Source of the DNA: Pseudobacteriovorax sp.
GTDB lineage: Bacteria > Bdellovibrionota_B > Oligoflexia > Oligoflexales > Oligoflexaceae
Assembly (NCBI GenBank): GCA_050293845.1
Contig: JBNKNM010000203.1
Span: 1-10,129, forward strand
Direction of reading: 5' to 3'
Length of the DNA: 10,129 bases
In this document: positions 7,227 to 10,129 of the stretch, piece after piece
Numbering within the stretch: position 1 is the stretch's first letter
How the letters are laid out: each line of letters opens with the position of its first letter
Position numbers and translations under genes: made by a program
Notes under the pieces: generated by a model
Databases searched by the model: none
What the model was told of the DNA's origin: nothing
The model's input: only the letters and a program-made list of their open reading frames with translations

Positions 7227-7255
7227 ACCATATATACGATTTTGTCATTGGTCAA
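7227..7255 (-). promoter_or_regulatory. Candidate sigma70 promoter (TTGACC-17 bp-TATGGT)
   Basis: Reverse complement of ggtcaa (7250-7255) and accata (7227-7232) with a 17-bp spacer. It points at the AGGAGG/ATG at 7152-7140. Confidence 0.4.
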
Positions 7256-7337
7256 TCTGGTCATAATGGCATTTTGCGTCGATTTTTCATCGTTAAATAT
7301 AGATAATCCAAATATTTTGTTGCATTCTTACAATTAT

Positions 7338-7346
7338 TGATAGAAT
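7338..7346 (+). promoter_or_regulatory. Candidate extended -10 promoter (TGn-TAGAAT) for the 7432/8229 gene pair
   Basis: TGATAGAAT lies about 85 bp upstream of the likely ATG at 7432. Confidence 0.4.
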
Positions 7347-7431
7347 AAATACATTTAGCACACAAAAAAAAGTTTGCTTGCAAGGAAAAAAATTTGATAC
7401 GAGTCAGGAAGTGCGGGGAAAGGTGGTCGTG

Positions 7432-8232
7432 ATGCCGTATAGATATGTTCGAGAGGTGTTACTTCGGGAACTTCAGAAACGTGATATCAAATCCATCAGC
7501 GAAGCGACTGAAGTTGGCGAGTCGAGCTTGGTTGGTCTTATCGAAGGCAAGGAAATTGCGAGGCATAATACTCTAATCAAGATTGTACACGGATTGCTCG
7601 GAAGAGTGAAGCGGGATGAATTTATAGTCCAAAACAAAGATTTCTCAATCACTTTTAGAGCTGCTGCCCTTTTTACTCTCCCCGATAATCGTCAAGATAA
7701 TGTTGAAAACCTTCCAAGTCCCTCCGATTTGATTAATCCACGGATTTATGAAGTTTTGATTTACACAGGTTGCGAATATGGGTTCAATAAAGAGAAATTA
7801 TTAAAAATTTTACCGTATAGATCTGAGCTTATTGAGTCACTCCTTTCAAGAGGTATTTTAGTAGAGAATAAGGATGGACGAGTTTTCTCCTCTATCGATA
7901 ATCCAGATGATCCTTATATTTATTTAGTTATGATAAAAAATAAAATAGAAATTAAGATGTCTCAAACAAGTTATCAATCATTTGGACCTTATAACATTTC
8001 AGCTCGTGAAAACTCTCTGACCCCAGAGGGAGTAGGTCTTATGTTACAAGCAATCTCTCTTTTTAATGAAGCTCAGAATAGAATTATAGAAAATCACTCA
8101 GTCAAAGACGGGACAATTTTGAGCACCAATGTTTGCGGATTCACCTTCCATATGAGAGAATCGGATAAGGAAAAAATCAATTTAGCGATTGAAAAATTCA
8201 GTAAAATCAGGTCATTGGAGAATCTTGTATGA
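7432..8232 (+). CDS. HTH-containing regulator, TIGR02147/DUF4423-like architecture (N-terminal Cro-like HTH, central winged HTH, C-terminal alpha/beta domain)
   Basis: The ORF track starts at TTG 7378, but the in-frame ATG at 7432 has an AAGGTGG RBS. DIKSISEATEVGESSLVGLIEG is HTH-like. ELIESLLSRGILVENKDGRVF looks like a winged-helix recognition helix plus wing. The family call is from memory of the motifs. Confidence 0.65.
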   Translation: MPYRYVREVLLRELQKRDIKSISEATEVGESSLVGLIEGKEIARHNTLIKIVHGLLGRVKRDEFIVQNKDFSITFRAAALFTLPDNRQDNVENLPSPSDLINPRIYEVLIYTGCEYGFNKEKLLKILPYRSELIESLLSRGILVENKDGRVFSSIDNPDDPYIYLVMIKNKIEIKMSQTSYQSFGPYNISARENSLTPEGVGLMLQAISLFNEAQNRIIENHSVKDGTILSTNVCGFTFHMRESDKEKINLAIEKFSKIRSLENLV

Positions 8233-8564
8233 AGTGGCATGGATTTTTGATATTTGTACTATTTTTCGGATTTAAAGGTTATGCTGGAAACGATGTTGGT
8301 GGCGCTGGCGGAGCGAACGCTCAAACCGTAAACTTTTTAAACTATAGTTCGGGGGAAATAGTTACGTTTGTTAAAAAGGATTCGGTTTCAGAACTTGATA
8401 CTAGCTTGAACACTGCTTTGAATGAAAGCAATCGCACTGTTGTCGTTTCAAGCAAAGAATTTATTGAAATTACTGCGAGCCTGGATAGCCATAGTTTATA
8501 CACTTTAGAAGATTTCGGTATAGAAGGCGAATGGTTTCAAGAACCCTTAAACTCAGATTTCTAG
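8229..8564 (+). CDS. 111-aa secreted hypothetical protein with a Gly-rich mature N-terminus
   Basis: GGAG RBS and ATGA overlap with the upstream regulator. Signal peptide MKWHGFLIFVLFFGFKGYA| is followed by GNDVGGAGG. Confidence 0.75.
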   Translation: MKWHGFLIFVLFFGFKGYAGNDVGGAGGANAQTVNFLNYSSGEIVTFVKKDSVSELDTSLNTALNESNRTVVVSSKEFIEITASLDSHSLYTLEDFGIEGEWFQEPLNSDF

Positions 8565-10129
8565 CACCCACATCCTAACGGGCATCTTAACCCCGTTAGG
8601 ATCATACCCCACTTCCCTTACCAAGCACGGCACGCTTTTAAGCTCAATACTTTCAATCTTCACATTAACAAAAATCACATCCCCAAGATCAAGTAGCAGT
8701 GATCGCCAAGTAAGTTCACACTCAATAACCTGAATACCGGGGCTAGCAAGATATAGAATATTTTCAAGCTGACTTTGCACAACGTCCTGTTGGTATAGAT
8801 TGGGGAACACCACCTCCCTCGCTACCTCCAAGCCTGTTTCGTCAATCGAGTTGTCATCTACTAAAAATCCTGTACGCCTAGCATTCTCGCCTATCGGAGG
8901 TAAGTTGTTATATGCCCCTCTGACCTTATTGAAAAAGTTCTGCTCATCGATGCTCAATTTGAAACTATCTTTTACAATATCCCAATTGTTCACCTTAAAA
9001 CTAGCTGCCGTAACTTTTGACTGGAGTTCAGAAGCCTTGAGGGAGTTGAGTTTTAGCCTAAATGCCTCTCGCTCAATATAAGCCTCAATCTGAACCTGCT
9101 CTAGAAGTGACAAGACATACTCAAATAACTTTGCAGATTCTTGAACCCATACCCTTGACCTTACTCCTTCACTATCTAATTTATTGGCATATTCCTCCCA
9201 ATTTAGGTCTAGCTCATTAAGCGTCACTCCTGCGTAAGTAGTTAGAAGCCACCGGGCTTGACTCACAGGATTCTGATCACTGAGACCAACACCGTAAACG
9301 TAAAACTCATCCCCGGATTCATAAAACCATGTGTCACTTCCTATACTAAAACCCTGGGAAAGTATAAAACCCGAAAGATCTGTAAAGGGTGTTATATTGG
9401 TTGCTGGGATCTCAAAATAATCATCACCACGCTTTAACCAATAGCTCTCTATTTGGGACATGGGATTATCAGATATCAATATTTGCAAAGGCCCTCTAGT
9501 CGTATTCCCGTCCTCACCATTCACATTAGGATCTCCTGTATTCAGCGGAAAAGCCGGTAATGGTGGACGGTTTGCGGTATCGGTAGAGCTAGTCCAATCT
9601 CCCGCTACAATAGGTATCCCAAGACCTGCAAAGCTATCCTCAAGATTAGGGAAATCATCGATGTTTACGGCTTTATCGGGGATCTCGATATTTAGTTTTT
9701 CATACTTTGATCGAGCAAGAAATTTAAGACTTGTCACTGTCTGCGAAAAACCGCCTTCGGGGCTAATGCTTCCTTGGAATATGGTTCTATATGTTGACTC
9801 AACATCTCGAAGGCCAAGCCTTACTGTGACTGTTTTTCCGATCCACGACCCTGCTTGAACAAGCAGATTGTACCTACCATCAACATTATTAACCTCTATC
9901 TCCAGGGTTGAAAATTCTAGTTGCGGGTGAAGCCACTGACCAAGAGTTTTTTTGATGATTGGGAAAGTCGTCCTTGCTTCATAGAATCTTGAGCCAATAT
10001 AGGTGTGGCGATCGGAGACTCTAATGATAGTTTCTACAATTGGTGTTTCGATATCAACCGCAAGAACTAGCTCATTGTTTAGATTATCCGCTGCTCGATC
10101 TAAAAACTCCTGATCAAGTACCGTAGCCG
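8553..10129 (-). CDS. Phage tail/baseplate-hub-like protein (Phage-tail_3-like C-terminal domain); 5' end outside window
   Basis: The frame stays open from the track's GTG (9737) to the window edge (...ATVLDQEFLDRAADNL...LEIEVNNVDGRYN...WIGKTVTVRLG...TIFQGSI...). Tail-hub-like motifs include IPIVAGDW, NPVSQARWLL, FNKVRGAY, DDNSIDETG and LDLGDVIFVN. Confidence 0.75.
   Translation of the reverse strand, partial: ATVLDQEFLDRAADNLNNELVLAVDIETPIVETIIRVSDRHTYIGSRFYEARTTFPIIKKTLGQWLHPQLEFSTLEIEVNNVDGRYNLLVQAGSWIGKTVTVRLGLRDVESTYRTIFQGSISPEGGFSQTVTSLKFLARSKYEKLNIEIPDKAVNIDDFPNLEDSFAGLGIPIVAGDWTSSTDTANRPPLPAFPLNTGDPNVNGEDGNTTRGPLQILISDNPMSQIESYWLKRGDDYFEIPATNITPFTDLSGFILSQGFSIGSDTWFYESGDEFYVYGVGLSDQNPVSQARWLLTTYAGVTLNELDLNWEEYANKLDSEGVRSRVWVQESAKLFEYVLSLLEQVQIEAYIEREAFRLKLNSLKASELQSKVTAASFKVNNWDIVKDSFKLSIDEQNFFNKVRGAYNNLPPIGENARRTGFLVDDNSIDETGLEVAREVVFPNLYQQDVVQSQLENILYLASPGIQVIECELTWRSLLLDLGDVIFVNVKIESIELKSVPCLVREVGYDPNGVKMPVRMWVLEI

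Noticed and set aside
6479..7431. CRISPR array, tRNA, retron/DGR element or att site in the intergenic regions
   Set aside because: No spaced direct repeats, cloverleaf, or reverse transcriptase/integrase gene seen in the window.
8800..9081. 93-aa plus-strand ORF
   Set aside because: Antisense shadow of the tail gene.
9735..9737. GTG given as the tail gene start
   Set aside because: The frame is open upstream to the window edge with tail-like sequence, so the real start lies outside the window.
9753..9763. GCC-TTCG-GGGC mini hairpin
   Set aside because: Stem too short, inside a CDS and with no U-tract; not a terminator.
9460..9858. 132-aa plus-strand ORF
   Set aside because: Antisense shadow of the tail gene.

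Overview
AT-rich bacterial window. At the right end is a phage tail/baseplate-hub-like gene (minus strand, open past the window edge), followed by a cargo region. The cargo has three helix-turn-helix regulators, a membrane protein whose C-terminal domain looks like a degenerate class III nucleotide cyclase, and a small secreted Gly-motif protein. It also has a translationally coupled minus-strand run of three exported proteins. These are a 358-aa Cys-rich protein, a 1078-aa lipoprotein (coiled coils, a LecA/PA-IL-like insert and a C-terminus reminiscent of the TcA TcB-binding domain) and a signal-peptide-bearing SpvB/TcB-like protein. The last starts at 1023, runs off the left edge and is missing from the ORF track. 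The best hypothesis is a Sec-exported, surface-anchored Tc/RHS-like toxin-delivery system carried next to a prophage tail module. The protein families suggest a Bdellovibrionota/Oligoflexia-like host, but that is inference. All family calls are by-eye motif recognition; no searches were run.
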